Origin: Podarcis bocagei
Taxonomy: Eukaryota
DNA: 64,000 nucleotides
Strand: one strand, 5' to 3'
Assembly (NCBI GenBank): GCA_964188305.1
Contig: OZ076889.1
This document shows positions 1 to 14,400 of the stretch, piece after piece. Under the pieces are notes generated by a model. The model did not search any database. It had not been told where the DNA came from and was given only the letters and a program-made list of their open reading frames with translations. Both the position numbers and the translations under genes were made by a program. How positions within the stretch are numbered: the first letter of the stretch is position 1; the number at the start of each line of letters is the position of its first letter.

Positions 1-810
1 ATGAGATCATGTGAAAATTAGGATAAGGTCCTTCAGCTTTCTTTCCATGTAGGTTTGCAAGTGGAGGTCCAGGTAACAGGCACTGGGAATAGATTCAATT
101 AAATTTAATGCCATAAGACTCTGGGATATATTGAAGTTCATATTGAAAATTCCAAGACTGTAGTGGCAGATTCTGAAGAAATACAGTTAGGCCAGTAATA
201 GATGAAGGTACATCATAATACTAGAAGCAGCTAAAAAGAAATTAATACAAATTGTGAATATTTTCCATTGTACTAGTTTTAATTTAGTCAACAAGATAGA
301 GTCAAATGTTACCAAGCTTTCACTCTTCAGATCCTACTGCACTGAGGAGATAGCAGTACTCTGGATGAAGTGTTTATATATCTCACACTAATGCTGACAA
401 AAATTTGCCTTTTAAAGCCAAATTATGATAATTTAGAAACCCAACTGCAACTAGACCAGCAAGATTCCAAATCAACAGGCATTTGTCCTTGGTTTTTAAC
501 ATGGGTACCAACAAAACAATTATTCTGACATAACCTTTTGTAGGTAATGCTATGTGATTTACTTATTTGCAATTAAATGGTATATAAATGCCATAAAATA
601 AATAAATGGCTAGGACTCCTGCATCTGAAGTAGAATTTGCTCATCAAAGCTTATGCTGCAATAAGCTGATTCAGTATTTTAAGTTGTTCAAGATCTTATG
701 CTATTTATCATACCTGATATTTCCCATAAACTAGTTTCTTAAGTCTTGCATTTTGTTTTTCATACTGCTCAGTTTACTTTGAACTTAGCTATCTTAAAAG
801 CAAAACGTAA

Positions 811-1151
811 GACGTGGGTGGTGCTGTGCCGCTTGGGCTTGCCAATCGAATGGTTGCGGTTCAAATACCTGCGACGGGGTGAGCTCCTGTTGTTCGGTCC
901 CAGCTCCTGCCAACCTAGCAGTTCGAAAGCACACAGTGCAAGTAGATAAATAGGTACCGCTCTGGCGGGAAGGTAAACGGTGTTTCCGTGTGCTGCTCTG
1001 GTTCACCAGAAGTGACTTAGTCATGCTGGCCACATGACCTGGAAAAACTGTATGCGGAAGTAGACAAACACCGGCTCCCTTGGTGATGAGCACCGCAACC
1101 CCAAGAGTCGTTCGCGACTGGACTTAACTGCCAGGGGTCCTTTACCTTTAC
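811..1151 (+). mobile_element. Sauria SINE (Squam1, lacertid-type)
   Basis: Degenerate tRNA-derived head, body GCCAACCTAGCAGTTCGAAAGCAC...AGTAGATAAATAGGTACC...GTCATGCTGGCCACATGACC, and (ACCTTT)n tail characteristic of Sauria SINEs; lies in the last ZC3H11A intron. Confidence 0.9.
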
Positions 1152-1769
1152 AGCTACATAGTGTAAACATGCATAGCTGAAGAAGATAGTTTAGTGGCAT
1201 AGCAGTAATCCAGCTATTTCTTTCTGCTAACCAACTGCTTCCTGACCATATCATAATATGACCTAGATGACACTTCAACATAAGGCTTCTTCAGGCATTT
1301 TAGTGTGTGAAGAGGAGAGCAGGCCATACATAAAAGAGGTTTCTAACCATGCTTAGCTGAATGCAGTTAGAAGCCACTGGTGATAGTGCAAAATTCCCTG
1401 TCAGTTCTGATCATGCAAGATCCTTAATTTAGACCTTCCTATATATTGCATATTGGTGTGAATGTGGCAGCAAGGATGGGCTGGTGCACACCAACTATAC
1501 ATGTTGCCCTGCACAACACCCCCCTCCCAAATGTTGCTTGAATTCCCATATAAGAATATTATCTCTACTCTTTATGTACCTGCATCCTGCCTATTTAAGT
1601 TTCAGATTTGTAACTAACTTATGACCTATCTGCTGCTAGAGGAGAAACTTCCTGCACAGCTTATTAATATCACACCATTCTGCTGGGGCTAAGAGTTCCC
1701 CACGTCCAGACAGGATCTCTGTTTTCCCCTTGGAGATGAATCATATTGTTATCTTTTCCCTCTTTGTGA

Positions 1770-2030
<261 letters not shown>

Positions 2031-3960
2031 TTTCATCCCCATATGGTTTATTCTGAGAGAAAATAAATGTTGTATATTTTGCTGGATAACCAAGATTACC
2101 CTTTTCTTGGTGAGAAGTTATGGCAAGTCTTAAAGCACACTTGAACTGATGAAAGAAATTGGCTGCATTTGATTGTCCTGTATTGCCCTGCTGGTCAGAG
2201 AGATGTTCCTATATGACTGTCTTGTTACTATCCTGCCCACCTGAAATACTTTGAGAAAACCACAAACATTTCAACTAGGGTCCACTTGTTGACTCAACAA
2301 CCTTCCTGTATATATTTTTGTTGCTTAACTGTCACATTTTGTTTTCCAGCCTTGTGGCAAACCTCAATGTCTGTTTCACGGCTTCTTCATTGTGATTTTT
2401 TTAGGGGTAATTTCTGTATTCCCAAGTTACTGTGTCAGCTCTTCGAGTCATGCAATTATATTTTCAAATTTGATTCTAGAGCCAGGAGTACAGTTTAAAA
2501 TGAGGAAGAGCAGAAATGTAGTAATCTCCGTGGCTTTAGGAAGAAGGAAAGAACATTGAACATTTGTTTTTTTAATCTTCCTCACTGTTATTCTGTACCA
2601 TTTAGACTAGTTCCCACTAGCAAGCATAAACTCCATAAGGCAAAAGCTAAGAATTTTTGTGTGTGTACCTATATTCATTAAAAATAATTATTGTTTTTAA
2701 AACATGCCCTACAAGGGCATGTGAGGTTATTCTCAGGTTTTGTTCTTTTTTCCTGAACTGATGGCCTTTTTTGCTGATATTGCACCGGTCATTTAAAACA
2801 AAGCTTTGGAATGCTGCCTTTTGGCAGGTAAACCAGGTAAACCCCATATATGCACTCTTCCCTGCCAAATCCACAGAGTTCTCAGCTGTGGTTCTGAAAC
2901 TGCCCACCTGCAAACTTTTGTACCCATGTTCAGCACTTGAAGCCCCACCAATGATCTTTATTTGGCAGTGTTCCATGAACTCTACAGCGTGGCTGTGGAG
3001 ACTTGGGTGTATTGTATACCCTATCATTCTTACATCCATATTTCATATGATTACCTTTTGACTATTGTTGTTATCTGCAGGATCTTTCTGGTTGCGTTCC
3101 TACCAAGAATAAAAATTTGCTTGATTCTGTTGTAAATATATTCACTTTAACTTGGAGAAATCCTGTGCTTTGCAAGTTCACATTGAAATTTTGCCTGTGC
3201 AAAATATGGTTGAATAGTCATACTTGTAAATTTATGTTAAAAGCTGCCCTGCATTAACTGCTAGTTGACACATTACTCCAAAGAAGTGGGAAACCAGAGA
3301 ACTTCTGACGGTGAACAAAAGTAACAGACTGTGAATAGTTTGCAATAGTTTGTGTCTGCTTATGCAGAACCTTCTGTTTGTTGACATTTTTCTTCATTTT
3401 TTTTTGTTTTGTTTTCCCATACAAGAGATTCCTCTCTAGGCTTTTAACTACAGACCCCATTGCTTTCTGTACATCTTTTTGTTTTCTATTTAAATCATTG
3501 TATCTGAATCAGATATGTTTGCTATTTCTTTAAACAGTCTGCAGGAGAGAGAAGTATTTGTGTTTTAAATAAAGTTAATGTCGGAAATGTGTTTCAGTGT
3601 TTTATTTCCAAAACATTGTGCAGAATAGAATAGGAATTTGCCACCTGTCATGGCTTCTCAGCTTTTACTGGCCCCAAATTGAGTTGGCAACATAAAAGGA
3701 CTAAAGAGCCAGATTTCTTTAAAAAAAAGAAAAGTCTTGCACTAAAAATAGGTCATTGGATTATCGTAGATAATAGAATCAAATTCTGAGATCAAGTTTA
3801 TGATGTGAGATTCTCACTTTCCTTTACATTTTTTATCCGCAGAGTTTGATTATAGCTCTTTTTACATACTTGTGAGTTTTCACCTTTCATAAATTAGGGG
3901 TAGTCTGCTCCTCTGTGGCGCTTGTACATAGTTAAATAAAAAAATGTTGTGTGTTTGCTT
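2031..3960 (+). other. ZC3H11A: ZC3H11A 3'UTR with tandem poly(A) signals
   Basis: U-rich sequence after the stop; AATAAA at 2062, 3108, 3568 and 3935, the last two followed by GU-rich elements; exact end not determinable. Confidence 0.65.
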
Positions 3961-5275
3961 GAGTAATATTTCAGTGTTCATAAACTATTCAGAAATTGTC
4001 AGGCTCCCTAGTGTCTCGTATTATAGATTATTAATGCAGCATCATCAGTATGCCTGATGCTTTACAGAGTACAAGAGGTCTCTCAAGTTTACATTCCAGA
4101 ATCCAACACATGGAAAATAGGAAATGGAGGGTAATACTTAAAAATTATTTTAGGTATATGTGCTTAGGCAAGATAGAGCAGGGGAAAGGTTCTCAAGCTG
4201 GTCCAAGCTGCCAAATAATTATGTAGGATGCAGAGTCATAATAAATTACTATTTCTATAAATAGGATTCTCCTTAGAACTCTGGGCATTAAGAATAGTAT
4301 GTCCCCCAGGATGCTTGGAATTAACAAGTTAAATTAAAAGTAAAGATAAAGAATGCACGGCACCACTGATCTATCATCTGAAAGCCAGCTCAAGGAGAGA
4401 GACCACTGATGCTCAGGCAAATCTCCATGTAAATGGGAATAGTATAAGGGGACAACACATTTTTGCAGATGTGGCATTTTGTTATAGTACCTATGGTTTT
4501 GTATGCAAATTGCATTTGTTTATCGGGGGGGGGGGGATGCTAATAATTATTGGGCTTACAGCAGGCAGAGGGATACTTTAATCCTTTCCTGTGACCCCGA
4601 GGAAAATCCCCTTTAAACTAGTATTTTCTTGGGAGAGAAATCCCCCATCGGAAACACTAATTTAAGTCTGCCTGCAGTCTTAAAGTGACTTATTTGGAAG
4701 CAGAAAATAACTGGATTAGGTTCATACCATCTGGGTTTGTTTACAGGGGAATGAAATCTTGCATCAAACAGAATGCAATGTAAACTCACCTTTTGAGTTG
4801 TACCCTCAAATTTAAAATTAGTGTCCAGCATGTGATGTACTTGTTAAGAGTCATTTACATGTAGATTAGTCTTGTAACAGGGTGGAAAGGTGTTCATAAC
4901 GCCACCGGGGAAAATGGTTTTGACCTGCTATGACATTTCACTTCATTTGAACACCAACAGCTTGAAAACATCTAGATTGCGTTACATTTGGACTCTGGAA
5001 ATGCTTTTTCATGGCTTCCAACTTAGCTCATGTTGTTGCCCTGGAGAAACTCTGCAAGACTAGCAGCAGACCAACCCAGAGCCAGTGTAGAATGCATAGC
5101 TGGCTTTTTTGTTATTTCCTTTCTCTAAGACTACTTCCTGTGCTCCCAAGCTGTGTCCTATAAAGATCAATGGAGGGGAGAGCAGATAAGAGTATTTCTC
5201 CTGGATACAGAAATGTCTCTTGCACAATTCACGGACACAATCCAGTCTAAAGAAAAGACTTGGCACACATTTTAC

Positions 5276-5463
5276 TAGGGTTGCCATATTGCAAAAAGGG
5301 AAAATCCGGACACAAAAGTTGAGCTTTTTTGGCAAAACACTGCTGACATGGGGGGAGGGGGGGAATGGCTGGATTTCCCTGACATCCGATTTCTGCCCGG
5401 ATACTGCTTCTGACTGCAGTATTTCAGTTATGTCCTGGAAATTCCGGATGTATGGCAATCCTA
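5276..5463. mobile_element. Non-autonomous DNA transposon (MITE, hAT-like)
   Basis: TIRs TAGGGTTGCCATA / TATGGCAATCCTA; flanking direct repeat ATTTTAC on both sides. Confidence 0.75.
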
Positions 5464-5534
5464 ATTTTACTCTCCTGTTAAAATCCATCTTAATTTGGGT
5501 TGGATCATGTCCATAAATAAGTGCTGCTTGCGCT

Positions 5535-5660
5535 TCAGCTAACCTGGTGCTCTCCAGATTCTGGACTAACTCCCATCAGCCACATGTCAACATGCTATCT
5601 GGGACTGATGGAAGTTATAGTTCAAAGCCTCTGCAGTGCACCAGCTTGGCAAAAGCTGCA
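5535..5660. mobile_element. Palindromic squamate MITE (AACTCCCATCA...TGATGGGAGTTGTAGT family), degenerate
   Basis: Internal inverted repeat motif shared with other copies in this window. Confidence 0.6.
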
Positions 5661-6590
5661 CTAGGCAATATGATCACTCTGCAATTTATCCAGGCAGATA
5701 AAAGTCACCATCCCTTACTGTGATTGCAAATAATTGCTATTAGCACAGTAGGCTGATGGAACATGCCTTGGGCATATGATGCATGCCAGAGCTGCTTGAA
5801 GTAAAGGGAACATGTGATTGTCCTACCTCAAAAGGGGAGGCTCCAAACAGGCAGCATTAGACTGGGTCTTCTACATCTATGATTGGATTAAAAGAGGCCA
5901 AATAATTACACCTGACCTTGAATGCTTCACTGATAAGCCCAGTCAGGAAATGAACACTTGTCTTTTAGGAGGATAAATATTGGTCCAACATGTCCTTCAT
6001 GATCTCATGTTTCCTCCCTCCTATTAGCAGGCAAGGCCAATTCAAGGTTTGAAGGGGTCCTTGGCAAAATGTCTTCCCATGATCCTTGCAGCAGCAAGTG
6101 CTCTGATGGAGTGGCCAGTGTAAATTCTCACAATGACCCAGCGCTGACACATTATGGGCACTGTGGAAAATTTTAGTGGCAAGTCCAAGACCTCAAATGG
6201 GGGCTAGTTTTATGTCCCTGGGTTCTGAGTCTTCTTCCCTTGGTGATTCTCCAGATGGCTTCTCCTACCATTCCTCCACGTCCAACCAGTCCATAGCAGC
6301 TGGCCACCATTGCTCCAGGACAACAAAACTAGGATTGTAATGATAGTGCAGTGCGCCTGTGGGGCTCTTGAATCCTTGGGGACGGTCCAGCCCTTTCCCC
6401 AGAAGGTGTAAGCTTTCTTTAAAAGAAAGCAAGGCAGCAAACTTAAGCACACTTACCTTGGAGGAAGTACAATTAGGTTCAATGGACAACTCTGGGATAG
6501 TGCCACATAACTTTAACCCTTTTACTTGTGGATATTTAAAGGAATTCATGCATTCCCTATTCACTTAATTGTATTACCCATCAGGCTACC

Positions 6591-6730
6591 TAATAATAAT
6601 AATAATAATAAATTTTATTTATATCCCGCCCTCCCCAGCCGAGCCGGGCTCAGGGCGGCTAACAACAATCAAATAAACAATCAAATAATCACACATTCTA
6701 AAAATATTTCATTATAAAAATTAGTTAAAA
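6591..6730 (-). mobile_element. L2-clade LINE 3' end
   Basis: (AAT)n tail and TTTATATCCCGCCCTCCCCAGCCGAG-CCGGGCTCAG; near-identical to the 3' end of the L2 copy at 32898. Confidence 0.8.
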
Positions 6731-9700
6731 TACCTAGATTTCTCATCTGGCTATTCTGCAAGCATTACCTCTCCCACCCCTACTCTACCATACTACCAAG
6801 TTTTTGGCTGCAGCATTAGTTGTATGAGGTCAAATGAGCAGAACATCTCAAGCAATTTACTACATAGTGGAGTGGCTCCGCTGCCATTTAGCCAGACAAT
6901 TTCCTATGTTAGTCCAAACAGTTGGATGTGTTCACATCTGCAAATGCACCAACACCATTGGGTGAGTTAAGAGGGTGCACAAGTGGGACACTATTTAAGA
7001 GCCCACAAGCAAGGCCTCAGGCTTCCCAAACATGGTTCAGTTCTTTGGAACTGCAAGATTCAAGGCCAGAAACTAACCACATGTGAACAATCTCTTCATT
7101 TTTACTCCTTTCCACCCTCCCCTCAAAGCTCACAACTTGACACAGCTGGAGACGCAAAACATACCAAGAAGCAGAAGAAATGGGCCACATTTTTTATTCT
7201 TTTTATTTACAATTAATTTTTTAAAAATGCTTGCCCATGGACAACGGATGGCCTCACACACGCAGGCTGGATTTGTCAGCGACGGACTGTGGAGGACCAC
7301 ATGACGGCGACAGACACAGAAGACAAGAGGCAGTAAATATTCGGCACTGATATCTATTGAGGCTTTGCTTGGTTTACGCTTTTTAATTGTTTTACTGTAT
7401 TTCTCCTTTTTCTTTTTGCCAATAGATTGAGGCAGTGATCTGCTGGGTCCAATTTCTCTGTTTACAAGCAGCAAATAGCTTGAGTAAACAATCCCAATCC
7501 AGTTTTCTAGAAATCATGAAGCCAACAGACTTGTTCAGAAAGTGGGCAAGGCCCAAAAACAGCCAACAAACTAGCCTCCCTAAAGATTTTGGACTGTTTT
7601 TTTGAAAGGACACACCTGCTCAGACAAAAAAATATTGTGGCCAAAATGAATGATAGGATTTAAGGCCAAGGGAAGCAACATTGACTTCACGCAAACTGGT
7701 GACACAAAAGGCAGCAACTGCAACTTGCACTGGGGATTCACTGTGAAACATTGAGCTGGATGTACTGCCTGCCTGCTCATGGGTGCCAGAGGTTTACTTT
7801 GAAACTGATCTGGACCCCCCCAAAAGCCCAGCTACTTTTCTGCTCAGACTGGGGACTCTTATATTCACTTTCACTCTTCTGGTTCTCTTATGGCTATTCC
7901 TCACAAACCTGTGCACTTCAACTAACATGAGATTTATCCCATCAAAACCTGTAATATTTGAGTTTCTAGAAATAACCCAAAGTCCCCTTTATGCAGGCTG
8001 CTGTGTAACCGCCAAAAGGAACTTCCGGGCTGACCCCATTAAGATGGATAGTCTGCCAAGAATTCCAGCTTGATGGCTTTGTCCATCTGAAATTTTCATC
8101 TAATTTCAGGCTGTCATCGATTGGCTGTTTGAGAAAACACGAGCCATTGAGTCCTCTAGCTGTTATACCTATAATGCACACCTATGCTGCAACACTAGCA
8201 GGGACACATGTATCTGTAACTTGCACTGTACTTGCTAATGTTTGATGAAGCCCATAGCATATACCCAACTATTGATGCTGTGGCCTTTACTGCAGCCTTG
8301 TTTAGTCTCATCTTGTGCGAAAAAGGCAGGGACCTGCTGGCCAGCCCTGCTCCTGCAGTCATGTCACCATTCCCAAGAATGCTGAAAAGGTTGGAAAGTG
8401 AATTTCTGCAGTGAAGACCACCCTGTGTGCATGATTGTTCAAGGTCCTAAATCCCATGCAGAAGCTTCACAAATGCAGGAGACTCCCCGCTGCATGTGTT
8501 TGCTCTTCAGCTCATGGAAAGAAGCATGCATGGAAACAGTGACATGACGGAGAGGCAGCATTAAGACTCATGTGCATAATAAACTGAATGCCTGAACAGG
8601 GATTCCTTTTTGGTCTCTAATAGATCTTGGTCCCAGGATTGCCAATGAAGTATTACTTGGGAGTGACTGTAACCTGAAATCTCCAAAAGTTCCTCTATCA
8701 CTCATTTGTCAAGAAACAGCAGCTGCAAATCATCAGCAGATGATGGAACAGGGAGTGTGGGCAGTGGTGGGCTGGTTGAAAGGCACAAAAATGGCAGCTT
8801 TCACATCTACCAGGTTATGGCACAAAAGGAGCACAGGTCACACGCTAACAAGAACCACACAGGCCACAGAATTCAGACAATGACCAGGTAAATAATTGAT
8901 CTGCTCTTTTAAAGGAAAGTCCAACAACCACAAGTAATTTGGCATCATTGTATGGCAGCATAGGAAAAACAACCATAATAGGAAACTGCTCAGCTATAAC
9001 ATCTGTATCTCACTTGCAATTTGGGAAGCAACGATGACCTTGCTGTGACCCTGCAATCATCCTGCTCTCTGCCAAGTACTTATTTGGCTCAGGTTTTTAA
9101 TCACAAAGGGATATTATTACAAAGAATTACATACAAATAAGATCATGGCCCTTTGGAGATTCACAGGCCTGCTTGCTTCTCTCCCCAGCCTGAGATTACA
9201 CTAACACATTTCCCTGCTCTCCAAAACAGCAAACTTCTCCATTAGCATTACTTGACCATTGGTTTTAGCATTATCCTGGCCTGATTTAAATGAGACTTTG
9301 TGTGCACAAAAGCAAAACAACCCTGGGCAGGATTCTATGGTGCTCAGCACATTTAAAACCATGAGCCTACCTGTGCATGCCAGCAGTCTGTGTTGTTGTG
9401 TAAATGCTACCCTTGCTGACTCCGTTGCATGGGCTGAGAATCCAGTGGCTAAATCCAAAAAGAGAGCCAGGCTCCCTCATCTTTAATAGTGGTGTTGAAG
9501 AGCTAAGCTCATCAGGTGTAACTTATCATGCAAACAGCACCTGATGACATTCCTGCTCTAAAAGGTGCAGGAGACTGGCCTTGTTTCCACAATTGACCAC
9601 CCTAGCAGAGAACTGCTTTCAATAGGCCAACAAGCTATGCGAAGCCCTGCATAGGCAAGGGCTTTTCTCACAAATCCAGAGTCTCATTTAAATCACACTG

Positions 9701-11417
9701 CTGAGAAGCTTCAAGAATGGCGCTTGGTAAGCAGGAACCACCAACGAATTGGAAAGTAGCAGGGTTATTATAATTTCCCAGACTTAATATAGGAGCAAGG
9801 CTTCAGTTCCCTCATTCCAGAAACTGAATTTGAGCAGGTGCTGCCTCTTGTCGCGGTAAGGCAATTAAAGGAGAAACACCTGCTCAACTTTCACTTCTAG
9901 GTCACAGAAACAAAATAAACTTTTTGCAGTTGTTCCTTATCCAAATGGAGAGCTTTTGATCAAAGCCCCCTCCGTTATCTACACAGAATGTCGACTTAAG
10001 AAATGTGTTTTGGAATAAGCTGAGGGATTTGCTTCCAACAATATTTTGGGGATGAAAAATGTTTGATCATAAAATACAAATTAAGTGAAACGGACCAGTT
10101 TTCTAGCTTGCCTGATCCACTGAATCTTGCCCTTTCGGTGCACAATTCTCCTAGATGCAGAATTCACTGCTGCTTAACCCTCTTCCCGCATGAGCAAGGT
10201 ACAGACTGGATTCTTAAAACATTTATATCCCGTCTCACTAGCTAGGTTTGGAAATGTGGGGGCTTCTTTTGCTACTATCCTGTAAAGATTAGCTGCATTG
10301 TTGAACCATTGCACTGCACTATGAAGTAATCCTACTTACACTGAAGGGGAGTACAGCTGCAATCCCATAATCACTTAGCTGGAAGCAAGTCCCAATGAAT
10401 TTAATGGCAGAATGGGAGTTACTACTCAGCTGTCATGTATAGAATAGAGAGGAGGGAAGAAAAGCAAGATGTTAAAGTTGCAAACGTTTGCTGTAATAGA
10501 GATTTTTTATTCTTCCTATTAAAGAAATGTGGTGGAGCACAATACCCTGCATAGACTGAAGACATTTTGCATCTCATTTTGCTGAATGGTGCGGATTGTT
10601 GTAGACCCCCCACTTTTAGCAGGTACCCCATGGAAGTTGAAGGACATACATTTATTTCACCATATGTGCATCATGAAAATGTATTGTGGCTCAAGGAGAA
10701 TGATCAGAACACTTTTTGCCAGGTTTTTTATGATGAAACATAGGGTGTGATAAGTGCATGTACAGTATCTAGCTCATTCAATGCCTGATTCAAGAACATG
10801 CTTTCAAAGCGCTCAAAGCACAAGTGTAATATATGAACAGATCTTTTCATCTTACACTCAACAAACTTACTGAAATGGAGCATTGTATTTTTGCTCCTGT
10901 GGTACTTTCTTAGAAAGGATCAGAAATGCTAGAAATAACATTGATTTATTATTTGTTTACAGATCTTAACTGCTGTAACTGGAGGAAGTTGCTGCCTTGT
11001 GTTAAGAACATTTATTATCCATGTTGTTTCTCCACCTTTGTGGGCTTGTGATTAAAAATCCACCATTTGCAAAACACTGCATGCTGCCTTTCGCCTGTTG
11101 AAATAAATTACCATTTGGATTTCTCTCTGTGCTGGCATGCTGCATTGGCTAGTATTTGATGGCTCTTTCTGGACCTTGCAGAGAGGTGACAGAAGTGGCA
11201 GAGGTTTTGTGCAGCTATGCACACTGGATATTGAAAACGTCACATCAATTTTAGTTATATATATTTTTAAAAAACTGTTTTCACACTACAATTTTGTTCC
11301 AAGCCAAACTTTTGCATTCCTTCAGGTTCTCCTTCATCTCAGCTTCAGTAGATGATCAGTGACTTCAAAAACTGGTGGGACATATATTGAAGACATCACG
11401 GTTACAAGTGGGCACAG

Positions 11418-11475
11418 TTTATTCTCTCAACGCACTCACGCACTGTTTTTGCTCAACAGCAAAAAATGCTTTATT
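11418..11475 (-). terminator. Probable ATP2B4 poly(A) signals
   Basis: AATAAA x2 on the minus strand with GTGCGTGAGTGCGTT between them. Confidence 0.55.
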
Positions 11476-14400
11476 AGTTCAAAACTTTTATCCCTTTCCC
11501 CGCCTGTTGCACCTTAAAAAAAAAAATTGGCTTGATTTCCCCATCGTGGTTCCAATCAGCATTACCTCTGCTTGGAGTTTCAAATGTTCTGGAAGAAGCT
11601 CGTTGTCAATCATTCCAATCCCTCCCTCCTTACCCCTCACCCCAAACAAAACAAAAAATTCTTCCCAAGAACCATATAAATACATGCAAAACATTGTACA
11701 TAGAGATTAAATAATATCAAAATGCAATTACAGATCAGGTGCACTTTAAGCTGGACTCTAGAATATGGCAAACACATCAGGGTACATATTGCTTTGAAAC
11801 CACCATTTGTTTATGTCATGCATACCACATAATATTCAGTCTTTTGTTTTGTCTTTTTTTTCTTTTTTTATACAAAAATACCAGTGCTTATTATACTAGT
11901 TACTGGAAAAAGGGGAAAAAACGTAAATTCTAATCTGCATGCTTCTTTAGAAAAGCCTTTTCATTCAAATAAATATATACACAAATATCTATTCCAATAC
12001 TGTATATATATTTATTCATGTGCAGAAAAAAACAAACAAGTAGTCTTAGCCATGGGTTCATCAAAGGGCACATGAATTTGCAGATTTTGCCCCTTTTGGT
12101 TAGTAGGGTTATTACCATGACCGCAGAGAGTGTGAGAAGGACCGACATGGAAGCTACATTGCTTCCAATATACGATTGAAGGTGTTCTAAAGACAGAGTG
12201 GACAAGACAAAGAGAGAGAGTTCTCGTCATAGCCATATTCTCTCCTCAGTGGTGCAGGCAGCTTGTCCTTCTCTCATCAAGGTGCTCTGCTGAGGAAGAA
12301 GAGCCCTTGTCCAGAGTTAACCTTGACCGGTGACCTCTCGAGCAGGTGTGAAGAGAAGACGATGGTTGGCATTAGGCTTCCAAGACCTCCCTGCTCCTCT
12401 TTAAAACTGTGGCTGCGATCAGGCTTGCACCCAAGCATTTGTCTTAACCTCAACCAAAAGGAAGAGTAGACGGGGATGGAGAGGGGGAGATGCTGTAAAG
12501 CGGACACAGATCCTCTCGGTGGATGAAGGGGATCTTGGGATGTGGGCCATTTAAGATTAAAGGCATTAGGAGTCTTCAGTGGACTTCAGCTCCATCACGA
12601 TAGAGCCTTGTGTTGATTTCGAAGAGAAGAGGCAAGTGAAAACACAGGCAGAGAATTCTAGTAGTAATTCAAAATTTGCCCTTAAGCAAGACTGATGTCT
12701 GCTCATGACTGCCCATGGCTAAAATTACAATTAGATTTGTTTTCCTTCTGTAGTTGTCTTTTTGTGTTTTAAAATAATATTATCTTAAAACTTATTGCAC
12801 AAAACTTTTGAAAAAAATTAAGTCAGATCCCTGTGCGACTCAATAAAAATAACCAATTACATAATTCTAACTCCTAAAAATGGATAGTCTTCATTGCACA
12901 CAGGAAGTGATGTAATGTCTTTGGTACCAATCTGCCAATTTATTTAACAAAAAGAGAATAAATTCCTACGATTAAGAACTGGATGCAAAATTATGTCCAG
13001 GGTTTCTTTTTTCTCTCTTATAAAACAACAACACAGCATTCCAAGGCAAAGTAACACACATCACAGGATATTACCTCATTTCCTGTCTGGCATGGCACAA
13101 CCTTGAATTATCCCCACCCCCCAAGGATCACTCGATTGGCAGCAAATATCTTCCCGCCCTTCATGGTATGTTTCAGAGAAATTGCAATCTATCCCCATCC
13201 CCGAAAGGCAGATAATACACAGAACTAGGCTTCGGTGCGTGGATTGCCTTACATGGATGCTATCTAAATGCACATAAAAGGATGCCTTGTGGACTTAAAA
13301 CAACAGCAGCCCTGCACCAGGTGCTGATCTTTGTTGAACTGGTTTTACTTATCTTTCCACTAAGACCTGGCTGGTGCAGTCAACCTTTGGCAGTGCTGTT
13401 CACCTGTTTGGGGAGGTGGTGGTAGTGGTGACTTAACTGAGGTCTCCCTTGCCCCTCCATCCCCCAAACAGGTGATCCATGCCGTGGAAGCCCAAAATGC
13501 TGGCCATTCATTTTGGGGTATATGTGTGTGTGTGTGTATTCCTACATGACTGTGGATTGGGGCTCGTGCCTCATATCTTCAGCACTCTTTCTCGGCCACA
13601 TGTGTTGTTTTTTTTAAATATTTCCTGAATAACTTAAGCCAGCCAACTGCTGCCAGTTATATCAATGAAACTAAAATAGGAAAGAAAGAAAAAACTAAAA
13701 CCCAACCTATTTTACATTAAGAATGTTATGCACAATAAACACTTATACTTTAAGCAACCAGCCATATCAACATAATTTATATAAAAAACATTTCTGTATA
13801 ACACAACTGATTTTTTTTTTTTTTAAGTACAAAGATGGCTGTTCAGAGAAAAGGAAGCCGACTGGAGTCTGGCCCATCACTAAATTCCAACCGCCAGCCA
13901 TGTGACTACATTCCACTGCAGTGACATAACTCAGCAGTTCTGTTTCCTTTAAACAAAATACATATGGCTGACTTAAAAATATCTGTTTCTGATCTAAAGA
14001 AAACTATATATTTTTTGCATAATATTTATATAATTATTTCCCCACCTGCACCCTCCCTCCCAAGGAAGCTAGACACACAAAAAGAAAAACAGTGGACTAA
14101 AATGTAGGCCAGACCCCCTCACCACACCGGTCAATTAGAGATCTCTGGGAGTGACTTTGTGAGGGCCACGTTTTCTTCTTCCAAAACATGTTTGAGGTAA
14201 GGAAAAATATTAAAGAAACAACAGCAAAAAAGTTATCAGTATCCCCTCCCACAAATATTTATGCAAGCGCATAACACCACTTCTTTTTTTTTTTTGCAAG
14301 TTTTTAAAATAGAAAAATGACCTTTGAAGCAATGTAATCTTTAGAACGTAACTAAACAAAAGTTTTTCTTAGTCTTGTTTGATAGGTCACGCAGCAAGAG

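Noticed and set aside
6265-6564. Minus-strand ORF containing a consensus donor AAG|GTAAGT near 6457
   Set aside because: No upstream pyrimidine tract or acceptor and no recognisable protein similarity
7783-8073. 96-aa ORF with a TM-like stretch (FLLRLGTLIFTFTLLVLLWLFL), considered as a LAX1 remnant
   Set aside because: GTG start, no LAX1-like motifs (YxN repeats, basic juxtamembrane run), no splice context; T-rich DNA yields such stretches by chance
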